A DNA stretch of 62,879 bases from Deltaproteobacteria bacterium (GTDB lineage: Bacteria; Desulfobacterota; Syntrophobacteria; BM002): NCBI GenBank assembly GCA_022340515.1, contig JAJDNT010000261.1:1-62879 (forward strand). Reading direction: 5' to 3'. Within the stretch, counting starts at the first letter, position 1. Each line of letters starts with the position of its first letter. The translations under genes were made by a program, and so were the position numbers. The notes beneath the pieces were generated by a model, which saw nothing but the letters and a program-made list of their open reading frames with translations, had not been told where the DNA came from and did no database searches. Below, piece by piece: positions 1 to 7,570 of the stretch.

Positions 1-777
1 CTGAGCCTGACCTCCGCTGCCTCAGTAACCCTGTGGCTCAATTTGGAACTCATAGCCACTATCATTCTTGGATTTTTCATTTTTCGCGATAAATTACCTC
101 TTGCCAGTTTAGGTGCTAGCATAGGAATTCTGGCAGCAGCAACTCTGCTTTCCTTCTCTGAGGGTCAGGCAGGGGTCAAAGCTGGCTTGCTGGTGGGTGC
201 AGCTTGTTTTTGTTGGGGTTTTGACAACCACCTCACCGCCCTAATCACCTCCATCACCCCAGCCCAGATCACCTTTTGGAAAGGGTTGGTGGCGGGGGTC
301 GTAAACCTTAGTATTGGAATACAATTGGATCCATACCTTGCCACATTTTATCTCACTGCAGCGGCCATTCTGGTTGGTGTTTTCTCTTACGGTTTAAGCT
401 TAGTGCTATATATAATTTCGGCCCAAAAACTTGGCGCCGCCCGTAGTCAAATCATTTTCTCGAGCTCCCCCTTTTTTGGAGTAATCCTTGCTGTAGTATT
501 TCTGGGAGAATCCATTTATGCCGCTCAGGTAATTGCAACGTTAATTATAGTTGTCTCTTTGGCGATGTTGTTTGCCGAGAAGCACTACCACCTGCACCAT
601 CACTCAGCGACTGCCCATGAACACTGGCATCGTCACGACGATGGACATCACGATCACCATTTTCCCGGCAAGCCGCAGCCCCCCTACCACAGTCACTGGC
701 ACGAACATAAGGCGGCAATCCATTCACACACACACTGGCCCGATCCCCAGCACAGACATGAACACGAAGAAGATTGA
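1..777 (+). CDS. DMT/EamA-family permease, 5' end cut by the window edge, with a His-rich C-terminal tail
   Basis: The frame is open from nt 1, with no stop before the listed ORF at 43. It is a multi-TM hydrophobic protein with typical EamA repeat character. The last 64 aa (nt 583-774) contain 23 His. Confidence 0.8.
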   Translation: MSLTSAASVTLWLNLELIATIILGFFIFRDKLPLASLGASIGILAAATLLSFSEGQAGVKAGLLVGAACFCWGFDNHLTALITSITPAQITFWKGLVAGVVNLSIGIQLDPYLATFYLTAAAILVGVFSYGLSLVLYIISAQKLGAARSQIIFSSSPFFGVILAVVFLGESIYAAQVIATLIIVVSLAMLFAEKHYHLHHHSATAHEHWHRHDDGHHDHHFPGKPQPPYHSHWHEHKAAIHSHTHWPDPQHRHEHEED

Positions 778-873
778 CGATTGCGGCTTTCACCTAGGGG
801 ATTTGATATTGCCAGAGGTTGAAATCACGAAATTTCCCAATCCGCAATCCGCAAGCCAAAATCAGAAATCTCC

Positions 874-902
874 TTGACTCCGGCAGGGAAGATGGTAATA
901 AT
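874..902 (+). promoter_or_regulatory. Candidate sigma70 promoter of the nikM1 operon
   Basis: TTGACT (874-879), a 17-nt spacer, then AATAAT (897-902), about 150 nt upstream of the nikM1 ATG. Confidence 0.4.
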
Positions 903-962
903 CTCAACTGAAGGTGGGTCGAAGCCCACAGACTAAAATAAGAATTTATTGCTGATAATAAT

Positions 963-1026
963 AGGTCACGAAGGCTTATCAAGGCACCGAAGTGCATTGT
1001 GAAGATAAGTTTCTGTGACCTTTTTT
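963..1026 (+). terminator. Leader stem-loop plus T-run (attenuator-like) just upstream of nikM1
   Basis: AGGTCAC (963-969) pairs with GTGACCT (1015-1021). Inner stem is GGCTTATC/GATAAG, followed by TTTTTT (1021-1026). It ends 28 nt before the ATG at 1054. A paralogous hairpin lies at 5561-5615. Confidence 0.5.
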
Positions 1027-1053
1027 GTTAGTTTCGAAATAGAAAGGTTAGCT

Positions 1054-1668
1054 ATGCATATATCTGAAGGAGTACTTTCTCCACCCGTTCTTGTAGCAGG
1101 GGCAGCCCTCACTGCGGTTGGAGTCGCCATGGGGTTGAAGAAGATGGACAACGAAAAAATCCCCCAGGTGGCGGTATTGACTGCAGCTTTTTTTGTGGCC
1201 TCCCTTATCCGGGTCCCTGTCGGCCCCTCTGCTGTGCATCTGGTTCTGAATGGTCTACTGGGACTTGTACTCGGCTGGGCAGCCTTTCCTGCCATTCTAG
1301 TGGGACTGGCTCTGCAAGCTCTTCTCTTCCAATTTGGAGGTCTCACTACCTTGGGAGTCAACACCTTTATCATGGCCATGCCAGCCATCCTCTGCTATTA
1401 CCTTTTCGGTCGATCCATAACCTCGAAAAACACAGGGATGGCCACAGCTATGGCTTTTAGCTGCGGTTTTTTAGCCATTTTGCTCAGCTCTCTATTACTG
1501 GCCATCTCTCTTATATTCACCGGCGAGTCCTTTGTACAAGCAGCAAAAGTTCTAGTACTGGCCCATCTTCCCGTGATGTTGCTCGAAGGACTAATAGTAG
1601 CTTTATGTCTGGCTTTCCTCACAAAAGTCAAACCCGAGCTCTTGGGAGTTACCCATGCTGCGGGATAG
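1054..1668 (+). CDS. nikM: ECF transporter metal-capture component CbiM/NikM, copy 1
   Basis: The N-terminus MHISEGVLS is the hallmark Met-His N-terminus of CbiM/NikM. The start was moved from the ORF-track 1015 to the in-frame ATG at 1054. Multi-TM protein, followed by the L, Q and O components. Confidence 0.9.
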   Translation: MHISEGVLSPPVLVAGAALTAVGVAMGLKKMDNEKIPQVAVLTAAFFVASLIRVPVGPSAVHLVLNGLLGLVLGWAAFPAILVGLALQALLFQFGGLTTLGVNTFIMAMPAILCYYLFGRSITSKNTGMATAMAFSCGFLAILLSSLLLAISLIFTGESFVQAAKVLVLAHLPVMLLEGLIVALCLAFLTKVKPELLGVTHAAG

Positions 1669-2266
1669 TTACCTCCGCCTCACCCGAGTTGCTGTTTTGC
1701 TATTGGCTCTGGTAATAACTACTTTTTTGACTCTCCCCTCTCGGGTCTGGGCCCATAAGGTCAACGTTTTCGCCTGGGTTGAGGGGGATATGATTTTCGT
1801 TGAAGGTTATTTTCCCGGAGGGAAAAAGGCGCAAAACTCCCTAGTGGAAGTATACAATGGTGCTGGAGCCAAGCTCTTGGAAGGCAGAACAAACCAAAAA
1901 GGTGAATTTTCCTTCGAAATACCTGCCAGGGAAGATCTGAGGATTGTCCTAACTGCCGGCATGGGCCATAAAAACGATTTCACCATACCAGCCGCAGACC
2001 TTGGAGGATCGAAGACATCTGCCCAAGCACCGGTTGTTGAAACAAGTGAGACAGTTGCACCTCTTCCCTCGACAACTGTGGACATGAGCAAGTTGGAGGT
2101 AATGATCGATGAGGCTCTGGACCGAAAGCTCCAGCCGGTGATCAAGCTTATCCGCAGTACCCGAAAAGAGGGACCTGGCCTTACAGAGATAATCGGCGGC
2201 ATAGGATATATTTTTGGCCTTTTTGGCTTGCTCATGTATTTCAAAAGTAGAAACAGAAACAGATAG
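1655..2266 (+). CDS. nikL: NikL-like accessory component (N- and C-terminal TM helices flanking a beta-rich periplasmic domain)
   Basis: Overlaps the nikM1 end by 14 nt. N-terminal TM/signal, a prealbumin-like segment (VNVFAWVEGDMIFVEGYF...) and a C-terminal TM (IIGGIGYIFGLFGLLMYF). The topology matches the NikL partners described for NikM. Confidence 0.6.
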   Translation: MLRDSYLRLTRVAVLLLALVITTFLTLPSRVWAHKVNVFAWVEGDMIFVEGYFPGGKKAQNSLVEVYNGAGAKLLEGRTNQKGEFSFEIPAREDLRIVLTAGMGHKNDFTIPAADLGGSKTSAQAPVVETSETVAPLPSTTVDMSKLEVMIDEALDRKLQPVIKLIRSTRKEGPGLTEIIGGIGYIFGLFGLLMYFKSRNRNR

Positions 2267-2280
2267 TCAGTAAATAGTTG

Positions 2281-2342
2281 GCATAGGGCATAGGGAAAAA
2301 GATTTTACATATACCCTATGCTCCATGCCCCATGCTCCATGC
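2281..2342. repeat. Word-stutter inverted repeat (GCATAGGGCATAGGG ... CCCTATGCTCCATGCCCCATGC) between nikL and nikQ
   Basis: The arms are built from CATAGGG/CATGGAG-type 7-mers and can form a hairpin. Related copies lie at 13951, 18208, 38427 and 62441. Confidence 0.7.
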
Positions 2343-2375
2343 TAACTGAAAGCTGACCGCTGACAGCTAAGAAAG

Positions 2376-3134
2376 ATGCACATCGACAACTTCGCCAGCG
2401 GAGATTCCCTTCTCCACCGTCTTGACCCCCGAGTCAAAATAGTCATAGCCCTGCTTTTTTCCGTAATTGTCGCAGTAGCTGACAGACCCCTCTGTTTAGC
2501 AACGGCTGTTTGTTTTTCCCTCGCTTTACTCCTTCTCTCCAGCCTGTCTTTGAGAGAGGTTTTCTTACGACTTTTGGCGGTGAACGCTTTTATTTTCTTC
2601 CTCTGGCTTTTTTTGCCCTTTACCTATGGTGGGGAAAAACTTTTCAGTATCGGCCCCTTAACTGCCACCCGGGAAGGAATCATCTACGCCCTCCTTATCA
2701 CGGTAAAATCCAACACCATCGTTGTCGCCCTGATCGCGCTCCTTGCCACTACCCCGATTATCACCTTGGGGCATGCCTTGGGCCACCTCTATGTCCCTAG
2801 CAAGCTGATCCATCTCCTATTCTTCACCGTTCGCTACCTGCAAGTCCTTCATTTGGAATATGACCGGCTGCGCGCTGCCATGCGGATTAGAGCTTTCAAA
2901 CCCGGCACCAATTTGCACACCTATAGAAGTTTGGCATACCTCATCGGCATGCTGTTAATTAAGAGTTTTGATCGAGCTGACCGCATCCGCAAGGCCATGC
3001 TCTGTCGAGGATTTCATGGAGAATTTTATCTCCTCAGCCATTTCGAACTGCAAAGAATCGACGTTATCATGCTCTTGATCATGATGCTCGTCGTAGGTGG
3101 TCTGGCATCATTACAATGGATAATTCTGAAATAA
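2376..3134 (+). CDS. nikQ: ECF transporter transmembrane (T) component CbiQ/NikQ
   Basis: 252-aa polytopic protein between the M/L and ATPase genes. The C-terminal region (RAAMRIRAF ... FDRADRIRKAM) is typical of CbiQ. Confidence 0.85.
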   Translation: MHIDNFASGDSLLHRLDPRVKIVIALLFSVIVAVADRPLCLATAVCFSLALLLLSSLSLREVFLRLLAVNAFIFFLWLFLPFTYGGEKLFSIGPLTATREGIIYALLITVKSNTIVVALIALLATTPIITLGHALGHLYVPSKLIHLLFFTVRYLQVLHLEYDRLRAAMRIRAFKPGTNLHTYRSLAYLIGMLLIKSFDRADRIRKAMLCRGFHGEFYLLSHFELQRIDVIMLLIMMLVVGGLASLQWIILK

Positions 3135-3799
3135 TCATAGATCTAAAGGGAGTCTCTTTCGGCTACCACGGCAACCAGTCCCAGCGGCCGGTACTCCATG
3201 AGCTTAATTTGCAAATTAACCGTGGTGAGCGGGTGGGATTGATTGGGCCCAATGGCAGCGGCAAGACCACTCTCTTTCACCTGCTTATGGGTCTGCTAAA
3301 ACCCTCTCAGGGTGAAATAGTAGTCTTCGGCAAGAAGCGCCAACAGGAGAAAGATTTTAGAGAGGTGAGGGAAAAAATAGGCTTGCTTTTTCAGGATGCT
3401 GACGATCAGCTCTTCTGTCCAACAGTAGCGGAGGACGTGGCTTTTGGTCCACTCAATCTCGGCAAGAGCCAGGAGGAGGCCCTGGAAGTCACTCGCCAGG
3501 TGCTCAAGCGTTTGGGCCTCGAGGAATTCAAGGATCGTTTGACTTATAAATTGTCCGGAGGAGAAAAAAGGTTAATCTCACTGGCAACAGTCCTGGCCAT
3601 GCAACCGGAGGTTCTAGTTCTGGACGAACCCACTACAGGGCTGGACGAAGACACGGTGGAACGGCTCATACAAATATTAACAAGTTCGGACTTAACCTAC
3701 CTTATTGCCTCCCACAATAGAGACTTCCTCTCCCGGACCATCGACATTGTCTACCACCTCGGAGGTGGTAAGCTGGAACGCAGCCCCGATATTTCATGA
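3116..3799 (+). CDS. nikO: ECF transporter ATPase CbiO/NikO
   Basis: Walker A GPNGSGKTT, signature LSGGEKRL, Walker B LVLDEPT. Overlaps nikQ by 19 nt. Confidence 0.9.
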   Translation: MDNSEIIIDLKGVSFGYHGNQSQRPVLHELNLQINRGERVGLIGPNGSGKTTLFHLLMGLLKPSQGEIVVFGKKRQQEKDFREVREKIGLLFQDADDQLFCPTVAEDVAFGPLNLGKSQEEALEVTRQVLKRLGLEEFKDRLTYKLSGGEKRLISLATVLAMQPEVLVLDEPTTGLDEDTVERLIQILTSSDLTYLIASHNRDFLSRTIDIVYHLGGGKLERSPDIS

Positions 3800-3820
3800 A
3801 TCCCAAGGGGTCTGTCGGCT

Positions 3821-4912
3821 TTAGGCTAATTCTTCTACGGGGGCGGCCTTCTGATGCAGCCAGGCCAAGAATAATTGATAGCCCACCACAAAAACAATGG
3901 CGCCGATAAAGAGGCCAATTATCCCCGAGTTTATGAATCCACCTATTGCTCCGATGAAGACAATGACCATGGGCACCTTGACACCACGGCCCAATAAGAT
4001 AGGCTTCAAGAAGTTGTCGCATAGACCGACAAAGAGACTCCAAATGGTGAACAACACTGCGGTAGCCATACTCGCACTGGAGAATACATAAACAATAAGC
4101 GGTCCCAGGACCAAGAGAGTGGGAAGCTGGGCCACGGCAAGAATCAGCACCAGCAAGGCCCAAAGCCCCGCCCCCGGCACGCCTGCCGCAAGACAACCGA
4201 TTCCCGTAAGCAGCGACTGGATTACGGCGACTCCTATAATACCTTTGACAACGCTACGCAGCGTTGATCCCGCAAGATTGACGAGTTCTACTCCCTGCTC
4301 ACCCGCAAGTCGCGTGCCTATGGATTTTGCCGCCTTATAACCGGCGTCGGCTTTTGTCAGAAAAATGCCAGCAATGAAGATGGAAACGATAAATTTCAGG
4401 ATTCCCACCCCGGTGTACGCAGCATTCGTTAGGAGCCATTGGCTGAATGCTGTTAGCTGAGGGGTGAACTTGCTCAAGGCGGCGGCGAGGTTGACCGAGG
4501 CGAGCCTCCAGACCTGATACAGCGGTTTACCGATAATTGGCCAGTTCTTGACGCCTTGAGGGGCTGGCGGAACCGCCAATGTTCCTTCTTTGATTTTAAA
4601 CGACAAGGTTTTGGCCCCGTCAATCAGGGTTCCAGAAAGCATAACACCTACGGTGACGACGATGACCAGGGCAAAGAGTGTGATTAATACTGCCGCCAGC
4701 TTGCCGCGGCCGCCGATGATAGACTTTATCTTGTAGTGGATTGGGTGGAGAGCCACAGCAATAATGACGCCCCAGAGGATAATCTGGATAAAGGGACGGC
4801 CGATCCTGAAACACCACAGGATCAGCAGGGCGACGACGCCGATGCGAATGAAGGCCTCGAGTGCATTGGCAACAAAGGTCACTTGGTTGGATGTTTCATT
4901 GGAATTTGTCAT
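3821..4912 (-). CDS. AI-2E (PerM/UPF0118) family transporter
   Basis: 363-aa protein with about 8 TM helices and the AI-2E layout, including the C-terminal GxxG-rich helices (FIGAIGGFINSGIIGLFIGAIV). Confidence 0.8.
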   Translation of the reverse strand: MTNSNETSNQVTFVANALEAFIRIGVVALLILWCFRIGRPFIQIILWGVIIAVALHPIHYKIKSIIGGRGKLAAVLITLFALVIVVTVGVMLSGTLIDGAKTLSFKIKEGTLAVPPAPQGVKNWPIIGKPLYQVWRLASVNLAAALSKFTPQLTAFSQWLLTNAAYTGVGILKFIVSIFIAGIFLTKADAGYKAAKSIGTRLAGEQGVELVNLAGSTLRSVVKGIIGVAVIQSLLTGIGCLAAGVPGAGLWALLVLILAVAQLPTLLVLGPLIVYVFSSASMATAVLFTIWSLFVGLCDNFLKPILLGRGVKVPMVIVFIGAIGGFINSGIIGLFIGAIVFVVGYQLFLAWLHQKAAPVEELA

Positions 4913-5273
4913 GATGCCGTTCTCCCGTCTTCACTTGGAATCATTACGATTCTTACCAGGAAGGGAAAGCCACCTCAACACAATAATACCTCCATCGCTC
5001 AAAAGCCACTGTAGTTTTCTCAGCTACCAATAATGGTGAAATATACCAGCTTCTTGATCCCAGGTTTCCGCTAACTCGGCGTCCTCGCCCTGGAGGACGG
5101 TCTAAATTGGTGAGTTGGCAGATTTGTGCCATTCGGAATAGTATACTGGATTTGTCAGGAGATTCCCCAAAAATAAGTGGACCATTCTTGTAACCTCTGT
5201 TCATTAGCCAGTTTGCCTGGGTTCGTAAGGGCAGATCACTTAGAAGAATCATCAGCAAAGGCCAAAAGGGGAA

Positions 5274-5345
5274 GCTGCGAAACAACGAACATCTGAGCAA
5301 CCGATCTTCACTCCCTCAGCCTCGAGAGGGCCTGCATGAAGATAT
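5274..5345. repeat. Copy of the conserved intergenic motif (GCTGCGA ... CATCTGAGCAACCG ... CCTCAGC)
   Basis: The 14-mer CATCTGAGCAACCG at 5290-5303 is identical to 30083-30096 and differs by 1 nt from 31146-31159. The flanking blocks GCTGCGA (5274-5280) and CCTCAGC (5314-5320) are shared with the copy at 31130. Confidence 0.6.
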
Positions 5346-5464
5346 GGTGCATACTAAACAGCAATCCTGCCAATGGATGGTGCGAATCATGTGCTTTGTG
5401 GAGTAGCTTCCCCGTGGCCTAGGTCTCTAAAATATTTTTGGGGAAACTCCTGTGGATTTGTCCG

Positions 5465-5494
5465 TTGACAATGAGGTAAAAAATTTAGTATAAG
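5465..5494 (+). promoter_or_regulatory. Candidate sigma70 promoter of the nikK-nikM2 operon
   Basis: TTGACA (5465-5470), an 18-nt spacer, then TATAAG (5489-5494). Confidence 0.45.
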
Positions 5495-5560
5495 AACGCT
5501 AGTTCGAGGACAGCACCTCGATAATATTTCCTCAAGCAGACATATATAATACAGAAGAAT

Positions 5561-5615
5561 AGGCCACGAAGGTCTACCTTTAACCAGTAGGGGATAGACC
5601 AAGTGGCCTTTTTTT
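5561..5615 (+). terminator. Leader stem-loop plus T-run (attenuator-like) just upstream of nikK
   Basis: AGGCCAC (5561-5567) pairs with GTGGCCT (5603-5609). Inner stem is GGTCTA/TAGACC, followed by a T7 run. It ends 22 nt before the ATG at 5638 and has the same architecture and 5' flank (AATAGGYCACGAAGG) as 963-1026. Confidence 0.5.
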
Positions 5616-5637
5616 GTGGCCAAATCAGGAGGTTGTC

Positions 5638-6399
5638 ATGAAAAGATCTGTAGGAACCGTTTTGCTGGCTCTGGGTTTGCTCTTTTTGGCAGTTCCAACT
5701 GCAAGGGCTCATTTCGGCATGATTATTCCTTCGGACGAGATGGTCATGAAAGGTGAAAGCAGTGATGTGGCCTTACAAATCATGTTCTGGCATCCCTTTG
5801 AGGGCACGGGGATGGATTTGGTTAAACCGGCAGAGTTCGGGGTTGTTGCTGAAGGGCAGAAAGAAGACTTGCTTGCAACTCTCACCCCTCAGAAGCTCAA
5901 GGGGCGCGATACCTGGAAGACCAATTACAAAATTAAACGTCCTGGCATCTATGTTTTTTACCTGGTACCCCAGCCATATTGGGAACCTGCGGAAGACTGC
6001 TACATTGTGCACTACACCAAGACAGTGGTAGCCGCTTACGGCGACGACGAGGGTTGGGATGAACCCATTGGCCTGAAGACCGAGATTGTCCCTCTGAGCA
6101 AACCCTTCGGACTGTATGCAGGCAATGTCTTTCAAGGTGTAGTTTTGCTCAATGGCAAGCCGGTGCCCGGAGCTGAAGTGGAAGTGGAGTATTTCAATGT
6201 TGGAGGTAAGTATTCTGCTCCCTCGGACTACATGGTAACCCAGACCATCAAAGCCGATCCAAATGGCGTCTTTACATACGGTGTTCCCACAGCCGGTTGG
6301 TGGGGTTTTGCCGCCCTGAGCACTGATGATCAGCAGCTCAAGGGAAAGGCTGTGGAAATCGGCGCAGTGTTATGGGTGAATTTCCACGAGATGAAGTAG
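5638..6399 (+). CDS. nikK: Periplasmic NikK/CbiK-like (DUF4198) metal-binding component
   Basis: AGGAGG lies 6 nt before the ATG at 5638. The signal peptide ends ARA-HFGMIIP, and the secreted beta-rich domain is typical of the DUF4198 partners of NikM. Confidence 0.75.
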   Translation: MKRSVGTVLLALGLLFLAVPTARAHFGMIIPSDEMVMKGESSDVALQIMFWHPFEGTGMDLVKPAEFGVVAEGQKEDLLATLTPQKLKGRDTWKTNYKIKRPGIYVFYLVPQPYWEPAEDCYIVHYTKTVVAAYGDDEGWDEPIGLKTEIVPLSKPFGLYAGNVFQGVVLLNGKPVPGAEVEVEYFNVGGKYSAPSDYMVTQTIKADPNGVFTYGVPTAGWWGFAALSTDDQQLKGKAVEIGAVLWVNFHEMK

Positions 6400-6408
6400 G
6401 ATAGGGCT

Positions 6409-7023
6409 ATGCATATTTCTGAGGGAGTACTCTCCGCCCCCGTTTTGGTCACGGGTGCAGCTCTCACAGCAGTCGGTGTTGCGGTGGGGTTGAGGAAAAT
6501 GGACTCCGAGAAGGTGCCACTGGTGGGGGTACTCTCTTCGGCATTTTTTGTTGCCTCACTCATCCATGTGCCGGTGGGTCCGTCTGCTGTGCATCTGGTT
6601 CTGAATGGTCTTTTGGGCTTGCTCCTCGGCTGGACTGCATTTCCGGCAATTCTTGTAGGCCTCGCCTTACAGGGGGTGCTCTTTCAGTTTGGCGGCCTGA
6701 CCACTCTGGGTATCAACACCTTCAACATGGCCATGCCCGCCGTTTGTTGTTATTACCTATTCGCAAGAACTATCGCTCACAAGCCCAGCGGTTTGGCTGT
6801 TGGACTCGCCTTCGCTTGCGGCTTTCTGGCGATTTTCTTGAGTGCTATCCTGGTTGCCCTCTCTTTGCTCTTTACCGGCGAATCATTTCTGGCGGCAGCC
6901 CAGGTTCTGGTAGTAGCGCACTTGCCGGTCATGTTCATAGAGGGCGTTGTCTCCGCCTTCTGCCTGGGGTTTCTCAAGAAGGTCAAGCCAGAGATCTTGC
7001 AGGTAACCCATGCGAGTGGATAG
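6409..7023 (+). CDS. nikM: ECF transporter metal-capture component CbiM/NikM, copy 2
   Basis: Starts MHISEGVLSAPVLVTGAALTAVGV and is collinear and highly similar to copy 1 over its whole length. It begins 9 nt after nikK. Confidence 0.9.
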   Translation: MHISEGVLSAPVLVTGAALTAVGVAVGLRKMDSEKVPLVGVLSSAFFVASLIHVPVGPSAVHLVLNGLLGLLLGWTAFPAILVGLALQGVLFQFGGLTTLGINTFNMAMPAVCCYYLFARTIAHKPSGLAVGLAFACGFLAIFLSAILVALSLLFTGESFLAAAQVLVVAHLPVMFIEGVVSAFCLGFLKKVKPEILQVTHASG

Positions 7024-7035
7024 TATGGGAAGACA

Positions 7036-7371
7036 ATGACAAAACTTGCTTCTTCTTCAACTAGAATTCAGCTGGCTGGAAAATGGTCTCCTGAAGACGA
7101 AGGGCGACTCCTGCAGGTTATACAAAAACTTGCCGATGACTTGACTGAAAAGGCCCAGCTACTCAGAAGCCTTTGCAGCGAAACTGGCGCTAAAGGTGGT
7201 TTTAATAACCCTGTCTTTTTTTGTGACGAGAATAATTGTCCTTACCGGAAGCAGTTCAAAAAGATTATTTCAGACACCATAGAACAATTAGAGAAAAGCA
7301 GAAAATCGTTTAAGTCCAAGCAATTGGAGGCGCTGAGGAAGAGACTTTGCCAGGAACTTGTTCGGATGTGA
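7036..7371 (+). CDS. Hypothetical 111-aa soluble, helix-rich protein co-oriented with nikK-nikM2
   Basis: Starts 12 nt after the nikM2 stop. Lys/Glu-rich and probably coiled-coil. No recognisable family. Confidence 0.5.
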   Translation: MTKLASSSTRIQLAGKWSPEDEGRLLQVIQKLADDLTEKAQLLRSLCSETGAKGGFNNPVFFCDENNCPYRKQFKKIISDTIEQLEKSRKSFKSKQLEALRKRLCQELVRM

Positions 7372-7506
7372 ACTGCGAGTGCTTACCGGTTTCTGCTTAC
7401 GAGGGGGTAATAGAGATGACCTGATTTGAACCGCATAACTGCATGGAACGGCTTACGGTCATCGCTGGACTGACTCCCAGAGAGTAGCCCAGGCGGTGGA
7501 AGTGAA

Positions 7507-7570
7507 GGCGTGACTCTATGGGGATGGCGAATTTAGCACCTCCATCCTCAATGCGTTACGCCTTTTTTTT
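7507..7570 (+). terminator. Intrinsic terminator after the nikK-nikM2-orf unit
   Basis: GGCGTGAC (7507-7514) pairs with GTTACGCC (7555-7562). Inner stem is GGATGG/CCATCC, followed by a T8 run (7563-7570). Confidence 0.6.

Noticed and set aside
874-1053. A cobalamin (B12) or NiCo riboswitch in the nik leaders.
   Set aside because: I could not find a B12-box-like string (GCCACTG / AGYCMGG..CCKGCC) or the four-way-junction NiCo layout in either leader, and at about 120-145 nt the leaders are short for a cobalamin aptamer. This remains open only through a formal Rfam scan.
2281-2342. The CATAGGG / AATCCGC / TGGAGT short-period repeats as CRISPR arrays.
   Set aside because: The units are 7-8 nt with no unique spacers, the arrays are under 100 bp, and no cas genes are present. 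These are word-stutter or REP-like elements.
4953-5300. A 115-aa minus-strand ORF in the spacer upstream of the AI-2E transporter gene.
   Set aside because: It has no RBS, an odd composition and no recognisable family, and it overlaps the conserved intergenic motif region. It is more likely non-coding leader or spacer DNA.
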